28,588 bases of DNA, from the IMG/VR virus record IMGVR_UViG_3300037484_001834. One strand, written 5' to 3'. Position numbers and translations under genes: made by a program. This DNA comes from a virus. Shown here in pieces: positions 8,229 to 16,257 of this stretch (position 1 is the stretch's first letter; every line of letters begins with the position of its first letter). The notes beneath the pieces were generated by a model. That model did not search any database, had not been told where the DNA came from, and saw only the letters and a list, made by a program, of their open reading frames with translations.

Positions 8229-9458
8229 TTATGGCTTTTTGACGGGCTGACAGGGAACGTCGTCTTTTCCAAAGACGTAGGATTCATAGCCAGCAGCCCT
8301 GATGCTTCCCATGCCTTGGTACTCCTCAAGCCATGAGTCAAGACCAACTGGGTCCGGCCGCCAGATGCGTGTCGTTTGATTCTTATCGAGCTCGCAAAGC
8401 ACGATGGAGGCCGCCGGGTCGCTCAGGGCATCGAGGAAGCGATTAGAATGCGTCGCAATGAGCATGGGGGCTTTTTTGGCCATTTCCTCAAGCATCCAAA
8501 CGACTCTGGATTGAAGAGCAGGATGCAGATTTACTTCCGGATCGTCAAAGGAGAGGATCGAGGGCGTGGTGCTCCCCGCAGGACCTGCGGTCAGCAGGGT
8601 GCTCCCCGCAGGGGTTTCATGAAGCGCGCTGAGCGCGACAAAGGCGAGGTAGCTTCGCTGCCCATCGGACATCATGCTTACCGGCAGGGATTTTCCGGAA
8701 AGCGACCCAAAAACCGCTTCGAGCTCGATATCGGAAGCTCCTGAAGGCTTTAGAACGAGGTCCTTGAGATCGGCCGAAAGTCCGAGTCGCGCCTTTTCCA
8801 AAACTTTTTGCCAGGTGTCTTTTCCCTGTTCGCGAAGTTTTTGGAATGCTCTTGGGAAGGTAAGGGTTTCTTCATGTGGGTGAGTTTTCTCCTTGATCGT
8901 GTAGGGCCAGCCACATTCGTGACCTGAATCGATCCGATCGAGCGCTTGGGCAAGGCGCTCCGTTTCCAGCGATACGCGTCGAATCTCCGGTAGGGCAAGC
9001 GCGTTGGGGGGAATAGATATTTTTTTGCCATTTAATGCATCGAATAGGGAAAGATCAACGACGTGATCGTTCCGCTTTTCCCGCAACATCACACGAACGG
9101 GCTTTTTGTCTTTGTGCACATCGATGCTTTCGTCAACAACGACTACCGAGCCGCCCAGGCAGGCCACGGCGAAGTCATAGTCTATTCTTGGCCCATCGCC
9201 TTCAATCGTGACCCCTAGACCGATCTGGTCTCTTCCTTGACGAAGAAGCGATTGGGCTCTTCCGTGAATTTTCATCGCGCCGTCTATGGATGGAGTTTTT
9301 CTGGCGGCGTGGCCGATGATATCGAGCGCATCGAGGATAGTGGTCTTGCCCGTACCATTACCTCCGATTAGTACCGTGAGCCCGCGAAGGTCCAGCTCGA
9401 TGTGATCGATTACGCGCAGGCCCGATATCCGAAGTTGAGTGATGCAGTCTTGACTCAT
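8229..9458 (-). CDS. ABC/OLD-type AAA ATPase (AAA_21/AAA_15-like) with no nuclease domain
   Basis: Walker A LIGGNGTGKTT, ABC-signature-like SDGQRSYLAF, Walker B/D-loop LSFDDPEVNLHP and H-loop IATHS. Start refined to the ATG at 9458, which forms an ATGA overlap with the upstream ORF stop at 9455. An in-frame PAGST repeat lies between the signature and Walker B. Confidence 0.85.
   Translation of the reverse strand: MSQDCITQLRISGLRVIDHIELDLRGLTVLIGGNGTGKTTILDALDIIGHAARKTPSIDGAMKIHGRAQSLLRQGRDQIGLGVTIEGDGPRIDYDFAVACLGGSVVVVDESIDVHKDKKPVRVMLREKRNDHVVDLSLFDALNGKKISIPPNALALPEIRRVSLETERLAQALDRIDSGHECGWPYTIKEKTHPHEETLTFPRAFQKLREQGKDTWQKVLEKARLGLSADLKDLVLKPSGASDIELEAVFGSLSGKSLPVSMMSDGQRSYLAFVALSALHETPAGSTLLTAGPAGSTTPSILSFDDPEVNLHPALQSRVVWMLEEMAKKAPMLIATHSNRFLDALSDPAASIVLCELDKNQTTRIWRPDPVGLDSWLEEYQGMGSIRAAGYESYVFGKDDVPCQPVKKP
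8568..8612. repeat. Two copies of ggtgctccccgcagg flanking an inverted CCGCAGG-A-CCTGCGG hairpin, in frame within the AAA ATPase gene
   Basis: Read directly. Confidence 0.85.
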
Positions 9459-9844
9459 GGTGATGTGCTCCAATTCCGCTCAGAAAGCCACGAGATAAGC
9501 TCCCCGTGGCGTTCTTCTGGTTTAAAAGTGCCTTCGATGGTCTTTCCATCAGTTACCTCGCCATGGAAGTCGCAAAATCCTTCAGGAGCGATATTGATGA
9601 GTATGGCGAAGTTTGATACGCGCCAGTGGATGTCGATGGACCCATCGGCCGCGGGCGTGATTTCTGGGGCGTCGATCGCGAGCCCGGTCTTCTGCATGAT
9701 TGTGCTCGCGATTCCTCTTAGGAAACTGGTGGCGCGCTCCCAGGTAACCGGTCTCATAGCAGGGCTTCCCTCGCCGTCCCAGTCTTCCTCGAGCTTCACG
9801 ATGAAGGACGACTGAGTGATGGCGCGTTCGATGGCTTCAATCAT
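9455..9844 (-). CDS. hypothetical 129-aa protein, translationally coupled to the AAA ATPase
   Basis: ORF with ATG at 9844. ATGA overlap with the ATPase gene. Confidence 0.5.
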   Translation of the reverse strand: MIEAIERAITQSSFIVKLEEDWDGEGSPAMRPVTWERATSFLRGIASTIMQKTGLAIDAPEITPAADGSIDIHWRVSNFAILINIAPEGFCDFHGEVTDGKTIEGTFKPEERHGELISWLSERNWSTSP

Positions 9845-9866
9845 GGCTAGTCGATTCGCGCCTATA

Positions 9867-11639
9867 TTAGGTTGGGTAGGCTGCGCACGAAGCCCGATAA
9901 TGCTCCGCTATGATCAAGCGGTAGTGTTCCTTCCGGAGATGACCGGACCAAGTGTCGATGTTTTGATCGGCTTGTCCATTGTTGAAGATCATTTCGCCGC
10001 TCGCATCCAGCCCTTTCATTTTCAGGATGCGTATGGGAATGCCTCTCCAGTCCAGGAGAATGCTTCCCGCCGGCAAGTTTTCGTAGAATTCCTCGAGCGA
10101 AGCGCCTTCGGATTCCTTTGGCGGCTCGTTAACGCGATTACAATCGACATCCATCCTGAGCGCGACTACGTTGTTTTTGTTCCAGGGGCATCTCATGATC
10201 AGAGCCGGCGCCCAGTTTGGGTCGTCGGAGCTCAAGCCAATTAAGCGAAGCTCTACGTTTCCGTCAGGCCATTTTTTCCGAGCTAGAATGAGCGCATCGA
10301 TTTCGCTTTCCGTCGGATCTTCACGTACTGTTGTGACTGATTTCAAAGGCATCCAGTCCGGCAGCTCGTGCGCAAGACGTTCGTCGTGGTACAACTCGCG
10401 GACCTGATCGAGAATCTTTGCCTCGAAAACCGCCTTCTGAAGCCGCGAGCTCCCATGCTCCTTTATCCACCCCAAAATGGGCTCATCGGCTCTCTTTTTT
10501 CGTTCGCTGATGAGAAACTCCATGGTTTTATCGACTTGATCTTCGCCGGATTCCTCCTCGATGAAGTCGTAACGCAAGGAAACTCGTTCATCGTCCATCT
10601 CGAACCACTCTGGAACATCGTGGTCCGGATCAATCACGCAAGGCTCGCCCTCCTTTATTTTCGGCAGGTAGTAATCGAGATTGGTCATGAGCTCATCAAT
10701 CTCCTCACGCCGTTTTCTTTCTTCTTTCGAAGTTTTCGAGCGGCCTTCTGCCAGAACGGCTTCCTTGGTCTTCATGGCCTCTGCCAGGACTTCATCGTAC
10801 CGAGCCATTTCGTCGACGATGAGCTTGGTTGCCTCCTCGGCCGTGAGCACGTGATCGAATTCCGGAGGCGCGTTTCCCTCGCGCAAGACGCTTTCGTTAC
10901 CTGGCGTCATTTTGCTAAAGAGTCTTCCAGCGCTACCGGCCGGTGACGCCTGTCCATTTTTATCGAGGTGCAAATACCCCGTGCGCAAGGCCTCCCGCGC
11001 GCTTACGGTGACGTTTACGTGCTGTTCCCGGGTCGTAGGGGTACCGGCGAGGAAAAGCTCCCTGTGCGCCTCCTCTGTAAGGCTATAAATGCCCGTGAGG
11101 GTGATCATGACCGTATTCGCGTTCGCTCGCTTGTCGTAGGCGGCGCGAGAGACGCCCAAGACTTTGTCATATCGCGCCATCTCTTTTTCGATCATCTCTG
11201 TGGCTTCCGCCTTCGACAGAATATGATCAAATTCCGGCAGGACAGAACCCCATTCCACACCGAGCTGAGCGAGATTCGGCTTGAGCTTGCAGAGAATAAA
11301 ATCGGTTCTGTCATAAATCTCCGCGTCCAGATCCGGCGACCATATTTTTCGAGCATAGCCCGTTCTGATGGCTTCATCCTTATCGAGCGTTACGGCGATA
11401 TATTGTCTTTTCCAAGGGGAGTCGGAGAATCCGTAAGGGGAGACCGTCGTCTTTTTAAGGGTCTCATTGGTGAGATTGTAACAAGCGGTGAGCAGAATGG
11501 TGGGAGTGCTCTCCGCAGGAGTGCTCTCCGCAGGAGTGCTCTCCGCAGGAGTGCTCTCCGCAGGAGTGCTCTCCGCAGGAGTGCTCTCCGCAGGAGTGCT
11601 CTCCGCAGGAGTGCTCTCCGCAGGAGTGTTTCTTTTCAT
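9867..11639 (-). CDS. multidomain hypothetical protein: N-terminal 8x PAEST tandem repeat, two RTGY/PEFDH-type modules, and a C-terminal Family-B domain (WPDGNVELRL...ALIMRCPW)
   Basis: 590 aa. ATG at 11639 with AAAGGACA SD. The internal repeats and the paralogy to 7130..7738, 11682..12140 and 15763..16179 are seen directly in the translations. Confidence 0.65.
   Translation of the reverse strand: MKRNTPAESTPAESTPAESTPAESTPAESTPAESTPAESTPAESTPTILLTACYNLTNETLKKTTVSPYGFSDSPWKRQYIAVTLDKDEAIRTGYARKIWSPDLDAEIYDRTDFILCKLKPNLAQLGVEWGSVLPEFDHILSKAEATEMIEKEMARYDKVLGVSRAAYDKRANANTVMITLTGIYSLTEEAHRELFLAGTPTTREQHVNVTVSAREALRTGYLHLDKNGQASPAGSAGRLFSKMTPGNESVLREGNAPPEFDHVLTAEEATKLIVDEMARYDEVLAEAMKTKEAVLAEGRSKTSKEERKRREEIDELMTNLDYYLPKIKEGEPCVIDPDHDVPEWFEMDDERVSLRYDFIEEESGEDQVDKTMEFLISERKKRADEPILGWIKEHGSSRLQKAVFEAKILDQVRELYHDERLAHELPDWMPLKSVTTVREDPTESEIDALILARKKWPDGNVELRLIGLSSDDPNWAPALIMRCPWNKNNVVALRMDVDCNRVNEPPKESEGASLEEFYENLPAGSILLDWRGIPIRILKMKGLDASGEMIFNNGQADQNIDTWSGHLRKEHYRLIIAEHYRASCAAYPT
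11506..11625. repeat. 8x perfect 15-nt tandem repeat gtgctctccgcagga (encodes PAEST x8 on the minus strand)
   Basis: Read directly. Confidence 0.95.
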
Positions 11640-11681
11640 TGGAAATGTCCTTTCAATAGAGATCTTCGAGTCTTTGGCGGT

Positions 11682-12140
11682 TCATTTTTCGATTTCTACG
11701 TTTTTTCCCGAAGAGTACAGCCGGTCGATAAACATTATCGCCCATGCGTCTGGCTCCCACGGCAAGGTCATCATGAGCGCCGGCTCCCAATCCGTTTTTT
11801 CATAACAGCGAACGGCGCGTAATTCGAGAGTCGATGAATCCGGCCACATTTTCTTTGCGATTACAAAGGTATCGATCTCATGCTCTTTCGCATTGGTTCG
11901 CACCTGGAAGTCGTTTTCTGGAACGTCGCTCCAGTCATACCACTTGTCGCCCAAGTCGAATTTGATTCGCTCCGTTCGATAGACGCCGTTCATTTGCAGA
12001 CCGGCCTCAAGACCCTTCTTGAGGCGCGCGGAGCCGTGCAAGCGGATCCATTCCGATCGCTCGTTTTCTTTTTCCACGCCTTTTACCATCATAGTCTCCC
12101 ATTCCGATCGGTCGTTTTGTTCTTCCGCGCTTTGAGCCAT
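11682..12140 (-). CDS. Family-B paralogue (RLHGSARLKKG... WPDSSTLELR...ALMMTLPW)
   Basis: 152 aa. Strong SD AAGGAGA 8 nt upstream of the ATG at 12140. First gene after promoter/operator P2. Confidence 0.55.
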   Translation of the reverse strand: MAQSAEEQNDRSEWETMMVKGVEKENERSEWIRLHGSARLKKGLEAGLQMNGVYRTERIKFDLGDKWYDWSDVPENDFQVRTNAKEHEIDTFVIAKKMWPDSSTLELRAVRCYEKTDWEPALMMTLPWEPDAWAIMFIDRLYSSGKNVEIEK

Positions 12141-12163
12141 TATCGTCTCCTTGGTGTCATTGC

Positions 12164-12193
12164 TTATCTTACATGAGATAAAAATGTAATCAA
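12164..12193 (-). promoter_or_regulatory. Promoter P2: TTGATT-N16-TAAGAT with palindrome TTATCTTACATGAGATAA over the -10
   Basis: Read directly. 18-nt leader with AAGGAGA SD to the ATG at 12140. Confidence 0.6.
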
Positions 12194-12212
12194 GCCCGCA
12201 CGCAGGTTTTTT

Positions 12213-12503
12213 CTAACGCGACAGATCCTTTTTTGGAAAGCCAAATGTTCGAGCGATGAGATTTTTGGGAAATTCTTGGAGCTTTTCCCCATAATTCTTC
12301 TTGTAAAGCAAGATTTTTCGTTTCGTCTCGATCGACTCGCAAGCGGTTTTGTCCGCCTGTTCGAGCCGGCGAGAGAGGGCCGCGATACCCGCTTCAGCTC
12401 TTATACATCCGGCGGTTACATCGACCACGAGGCCGATGGAGATGAGCATGAGGATTCCGGAAAAGACGACTAAGCCGGTCAGAATTTTTGTCTTGGTGGA
12501 CAT
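12213..12503 (-). CDS. small membrane protein (one TM helix)
   Basis: Start refined to the ATG at 12503 (MSTKTKILTGLVVFSGILMLISIGLVV), preceded by GGAGAA. Lies downstream of promoter P3. Confidence 0.45.
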   Translation of the reverse strand: MSTKTKILTGLVVFSGILMLISIGLVVDVTAGCIRAEAGIAALSRRLEQADKTACESIETKRKILLYKKNYGEKLQEFPKNLIARTFGFPKKDLSR

Positions 12504-12596
12504 GGGATTCTCCTGTTCGTTTTTGGGAAAAAATCCGATGGCGGCTCCAGGTAGGACATCAGGTGGAGCGCGCTTCGTCGGAAACCACAATGACGT

Positions 12597-12622
12597 TTAT
12601 CTTATGTAAGATAAGTCGTCAA
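12597..12622 (-). promoter_or_regulatory. Promoter P3: TTGACG (-35) plus palindrome TTATCTTATGTAAGATAA
   Basis: Read directly. -10 is weaker (TAAACG/ATAAAC). Confidence 0.5.
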
Positions 12623-12650
12623 GGATTTATTTTTTCATGGAACTGAAACG

Positions 12651-14504
12651 TTAGCCAGACGCGCTCGTAGCCGAGTGCTCCGACGAGTAGTCATTCACGA
12701 AGCTCTTTCTGTCGGCGAACGATCTTACCAGATCGACAAAGCCGTCTTCCGACGAGCTGTGCTCGGGCTCCTGGTTGTTTACCGTCGCGAGCGCGTAGCT
12801 CGTTCCCGCGGAATCGAAGAAGCGACAGGAAATAGCTATGCCATTCGAGTCGAAGATCTTGAGCGAGTCGAGCACACCGAGTGGAAGAAACGCGCGCGCT
12901 CGTTTGGTCATTTCACCTACGAGTCCCGTGAAGGCTGCCAAACCCTCTTCGGCGGCCGAATCGCCCGCGTTGGCGATCACGAAGCCGTTTCCGTCGGCCA
13001 ATACCGCGCTTCTAGCGCTCTTTTCACGCATGAGGGAATCGAGACTGCATTCCATATCGTTTTGAAGGATGGGCGTACCGTCCGGCAATTGCGATTCGCG
13101 CGGGATCCTCGGAGACGGCGTTTGCCGGCCACCCGCGAACAGGCGCGCTTGCAGGCTCATCTCGCGATTGCGCAAGTCCTCGACCTCAGAGGCCACGATT
13201 GAAAGCTCATGAACCTTAGAACGCAAATCGATGAGCTCGGCTTCCTTGGCATCGAGCGTATCCATGCGCCTTTGAAGCAGATCCGCTTCGATCCGGAGCT
13301 GCTTGTGCTCGGCACGTAGCCGTTCGAGCTCAGGTGTGCTATCCCGATGCTCCTCGAGCTCGGAGTTCGTGATCCTCAGCTCTCGGTTTTCCTCTACGAC
13401 CCTATCGATTTCGGCAAGCTTGGCCTGAGCGGCTTGGATTTTTACGCGCAGCTCCTTTGCCTCACCGCATGTTATCTCTAGATCGATTTTGATAGCATCG
13501 AGCTCCTTCGCCTGCTCACGCAAGGCGACAACCTCGTCGTTGGTTCGATCATGCAAAGACAGCTTGGCCGCGGCCGTTTGCAACTCGATGCGCAAGGAGC
13601 TTGTTTCTTCCGTTACGCCGGTCAAGATCCGGTCCTTTTCCGCCAGCTCGGTACAAGCGCGTATAAGGGCCTCTTCTTTTTCTCCAACGGTCGATAGCGC
13701 TTGGTCTAGGGCTTCCTCTTTCTCTGTCAGTTCGGCCCGTACGAGCGAAATGGTTTCGCTATAGTGAGCGGCATCGGTCTCGGCGCGTTCCAAGATTTTG
13801 GTCTTCTCTGTCTCAGAGTCGAAAAACCGCGCGAGCGTTTCGCTCGTTTCCACCTCCTTGGATTTCGCAAGATCGGTCAGCTCGCCAAGTAACCTTGCGA
13901 TTTTTTGGGTTTTTTCTTCTGACTCGATGCGAAGACACGCAATCGTCTCTTCTTTTTCCGCCATTTCGCATGTTTTGGGGTTATCGGCCGCCTTTTTGCA
14001 CAGATTGGCGTTTTCCTTTTGGAGCCGGAGGCGCTCGGACCTTTCCCGTTCGAGCTCCCGTTCGGCGACGAGCAGCTTTTGGGACGTTTTGCCCAGTATC
14101 ATGCGCGCTTCTACGCAAGAGTTTCCGATCTCCTCTTGAAGCGATTTGTTTTCTTCAAGCTCGGTGGTTAGCTGAGAAATCTTTGTGCGTAAGCCTGTGG
14201 CCAATAGGTCGGCAGCCTTTTGGTCCTTGGCCCGTTCGGCCTCAGATGCTTGGCGCAAAGCACATCGCGCTTCGATCTCCGAGTCGAGCTTCTGTTTCAG
14301 CTCGCTCATATCGACCCAGAGATTCACTCGGTCTAATTCGATATGGCTGCATTTCGTTTCGGATTCATCGAGCTGAGATCTCGCCGCTGCGAGCTCTTGG
14401 CGATGAAGCTCATTCTTGCGTCCGCAGCTAAGAAGAAATCCTACCGCGAAAGAAATCCCACCAAGTACCGCAACGAGAACGTAAAACGCGTGTAGTGTCG
14501 TCAT
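12651..14504 (-). CDS. membrane-anchored protein with a long coiled coil and a C-terminal Roadblock/LC7-like domain
   Basis: 617 aa. N-terminal TM helix FYVLVAVLGGISFAVGFLL. About 450 aa of heptad-rich E/K/L/R sequence. The C-terminal SAVLADGNGFVIANAG...GTSYALATV resembles the Roadblock fold of the protein encoded at 15256..15639. Confidence 0.7.
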   Translation of the reverse strand: MTTLHAFYVLVAVLGGISFAVGFLLSCGRKNELHRQELAAARSQLDESETKCSHIELDRVNLWVDMSELKQKLDSEIEARCALRQASEAERAKDQKAADLLATGLRTKISQLTTELEENKSLQEEIGNSCVEARMILGKTSQKLLVAERELERERSERLRLQKENANLCKKAADNPKTCEMAEKEETIACLRIESEEKTQKIARLLGELTDLAKSKEVETSETLARFFDSETEKTKILERAETDAAHYSETISLVRAELTEKEEALDQALSTVGEKEEALIRACTELAEKDRILTGVTEETSSLRIELQTAAAKLSLHDRTNDEVVALREQAKELDAIKIDLEITCGEAKELRVKIQAAQAKLAEIDRVVEENRELRITNSELEEHRDSTPELERLRAEHKQLRIEADLLQRRMDTLDAKEAELIDLRSKVHELSIVASEVEDLRNREMSLQARLFAGGRQTPSPRIPRESQLPDGTPILQNDMECSLDSLMREKSARSAVLADGNGFVIANAGDSAAEEGLAAFTGLVGEMTKRARAFLPLGVLDSLKIFDSNGIAISCRFFDSAGTSYALATVNNQEPEHSSSEDGFVDLVRSFADRKSFVNDYSSEHSATSASG

Positions 14505-14517
14505 GCGCGAATTCCCT

Positions 14518-15252
14518 TCATTGCTCTAGAAGCTGAAGCTGAAGCTCGATCACTGCTTTTTTCCAGATAAATTCTACGCGTCGATTCTTCGCATGAGACT
14601 CACTCGAGTCATCAAGCAGCCGACGCCATCCCACTCCTTCGATTTCGATTCTTTTAGGAGATGCACCATGGGCTATCAGCCAATTTCGAACGGATTCGGC
14701 TCTTTGGAATGACAGATGCATGTTGCGTTCGAGCCTGCCCTGTTTATCCGAGTGGCCTCTTATGAGAAGCGTTAAGTCCGTCCTGGCCTTCAGATGCCCG
14801 AGGACCTTCCAGGCGGTTCGAAAATCGTCTTTTTCCAAAGTGGCCGCGTTCGTGGGAAAGAAGATCATCCATGTCCTGGTCGGTCCACTTCCGCGTGTTT
14901 CGCCGGACCGTGTCCGCTCGTCGACCAAGGACAAATCCGGCAAGACGATTGTCGGCAAGATCTGAATCTTGCTCGGAGGCGCGACGTTCTGATCTTCTTT
15001 CGAATTCTTAAAAACAATTTCGTCGACTTTGATTTCGATCTCATGCTCCTGATCTTCGAATCCTCCCTTGATTCCTTGGGATTCGTTTTCATTGACGACG
15101 GATGATTCGCGGATCGCAACTGAATGATCCGCGAATCCGTCAATGATCCGGGGCACGATCAAAAACCTCAAAAGGCCTAGGTCGCCTGCGCCCAAAAGAA
15201 CGAGAGCGACGAGGAGAATCCTGTGGTGTTTGTTTTGATCGATGCTTACCAT
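14518..15252 (-). CDS. OmpA/MotB-family peptidoglycan-binding protein with an N-terminal TM helix
   Basis: The C-terminal LLIRGHSDKQG...NMHLSFQRAESVRNWLIAHGASPKRIEIEGVGW...NRRVEFI is an OmpA-like (PF00691) signature. N-terminal ILLVALVLLGAG helix. Confidence 0.8.
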   Translation of the reverse strand: MVSIDQNKHHRILLVALVLLGAGDLGLLRFLIVPRIIDGFADHSVAIRESSVVNENESQGIKGGFEDQEHEIEIKVDEIVFKNSKEDQNVAPPSKIQILPTIVLPDLSLVDERTRSGETRGSGPTRTWMIFFPTNAATLEKDDFRTAWKVLGHLKARTDLTLLIRGHSDKQGRLERNMHLSFQRAESVRNWLIAHGASPKRIEIEGVGWRRLLDDSSESHAKNRRVEFIWKKAVIELQLQLLEQ

Positions 15253-15255
15253 GGC

Positions 15256-15639
15256 TTAAGCCGCGAGCTGAATGGCCTTGGCCAGTTCCGCGCACCGTCT
15301 CTTGACTTCGATGAACACGAGCCCGAGCTTGGCGTCTTTGTTCGTCAAGACGACGAGGACCGAGTCGGTTCCGACGGCGTTGAGCACCACGTATCCCTTT
15401 TCGCTGCGGACATAGACCTGCTCCATGACCGAGGCCATGAGTTCAGTCGAGATTCGTTCGCCGACGCCGAGCATGGCCGCGGCCATACCCGAGACGAGCT
15501 CTTCGTCGATCTCGGAAGGCAATACCGACGCAACGATGAATCCATCGATACTAACGACCGCCGCGCCGATGATATCGGGTGAGGCCGAGCGTAAGCCGCG
15601 AAGAACGTCTTGCATTTTCTCTGTCCGTGATGCTGCCAT
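15256..15639 (-). CDS. Roadblock/LC7 domain protein (MglB-like)
   Basis: 127 aa. IIGAAVVSIDGFIVASV...GYVVLNAVGTDSVLVVL pattern typical of PF03259. Strong SD AAAGGAGAA upstream of the ATG at 15639. Downstream of promoter P4. Confidence 0.8.
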   Translation of the reverse strand: MAASRTEKMQDVLRGLRSASPDIIGAAVVSIDGFIVASVLPSEIDEELVSGMAAAMLGVGERISTELMASVMEQVYVRSEKGYVVLNAVGTDSVLVVLTNKDAKLGLVFIEVKRRCAELAKAIQLAA

Positions 15640-15699
15640 TTTGGATTCTCCTTTTGTGTTACTGATTCTTTTTCGGAAGAAACCGGTTTCACTTTATTT

Positions 15700-15750
15700 T
15701 GCGTGAGATAGAAAGGGAGTCAAGAGGAACTTTTCTCAAAAACCGAGAAT
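15700..15750 (-). promoter_or_regulatory. Promoter P4: TTGACT-N16/17-(C)AAAATA with a half-operator, plus upstream dyad TTCTC-N7-GAGAA (15734-15750)
   Basis: Read directly. Drives the Roadblock/OmpA/coiled-coil operon. Confidence 0.5.
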
Positions 15751-15762
15751 GCCGGCCTCGGG

Positions 15763-16179
15763 TCATTGCTTATTGTCAAAGGGCTTCTCGATCGCGAGAT
15801 CGACTCGGGGCAATTTCTCCTGGATGTAAAGAACGATTTCATCTTCTTTTGACCATGGGCAATCCATGATCAAGACCGACCATTGGCTACGATAGAGCCC
15901 AGAGTCGATCAAGCAGCACAGGCGAACATTTCCTTCGGGAAACTGCTTCTGCGTCTCCATGAGCATGTTTCCTTCGGTCTCGGAAGAGCTTTTCATTGGG
16001 AAAAGACGATCGTACCTGGAGGCAATTTTCCACTTCGGTAGCTCAAGCGCCAGACGCTCTATGAGATAGATTTTCCAAAGAATTTCCTTGATCCCGCCTT
16101 TCTCAAGAACAGCCTTTTTAAGACGGGGGCTACCGTGTTTCCCTACCCAAGACAAAGCGGACTCTTCTGGCGAGCTCAT
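15763..16179 (-). CDS. Family-B paralogue (KHGSPRLKKAVLE...ELPKW...FPEGNVRLCCL...VLIMDCPW)
   Basis: 138 aa. SD AAAGGAAAG. Downstream of promoter P5. Confidence 0.55.
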   Translation of the reverse strand: MSSPEESALSWVGKHGSPRLKKAVLEKGGIKEILWKIYLIERLALELPKWKIASRYDRLFPMKSSSETEGNMLMETQKQFPEGNVRLCCLIDSGLYRSQWSVLIMDCPWSKEDEIVLYIQEKLPRVDLAIEKPFDNKQ

Positions 16180-16202
16180 GGGCTTTCTTTCCTTTCATTC
16201 TC

Positions 16203-16231
16203 TATTTTATGTAAGATAATCCTCGGGTCAA
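16203..16231 (-). promoter_or_regulatory. Promoter P5: TTGACC-N16-TAAAAT with operator TATTTTATGTAAGATAAT; about 90% identical over ~60 bp to P6
   Basis: Read directly. Confidence 0.6.
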
Positions 16232-16257
16232 GGGAAATCTTTTTTGGGCTTTTATCC

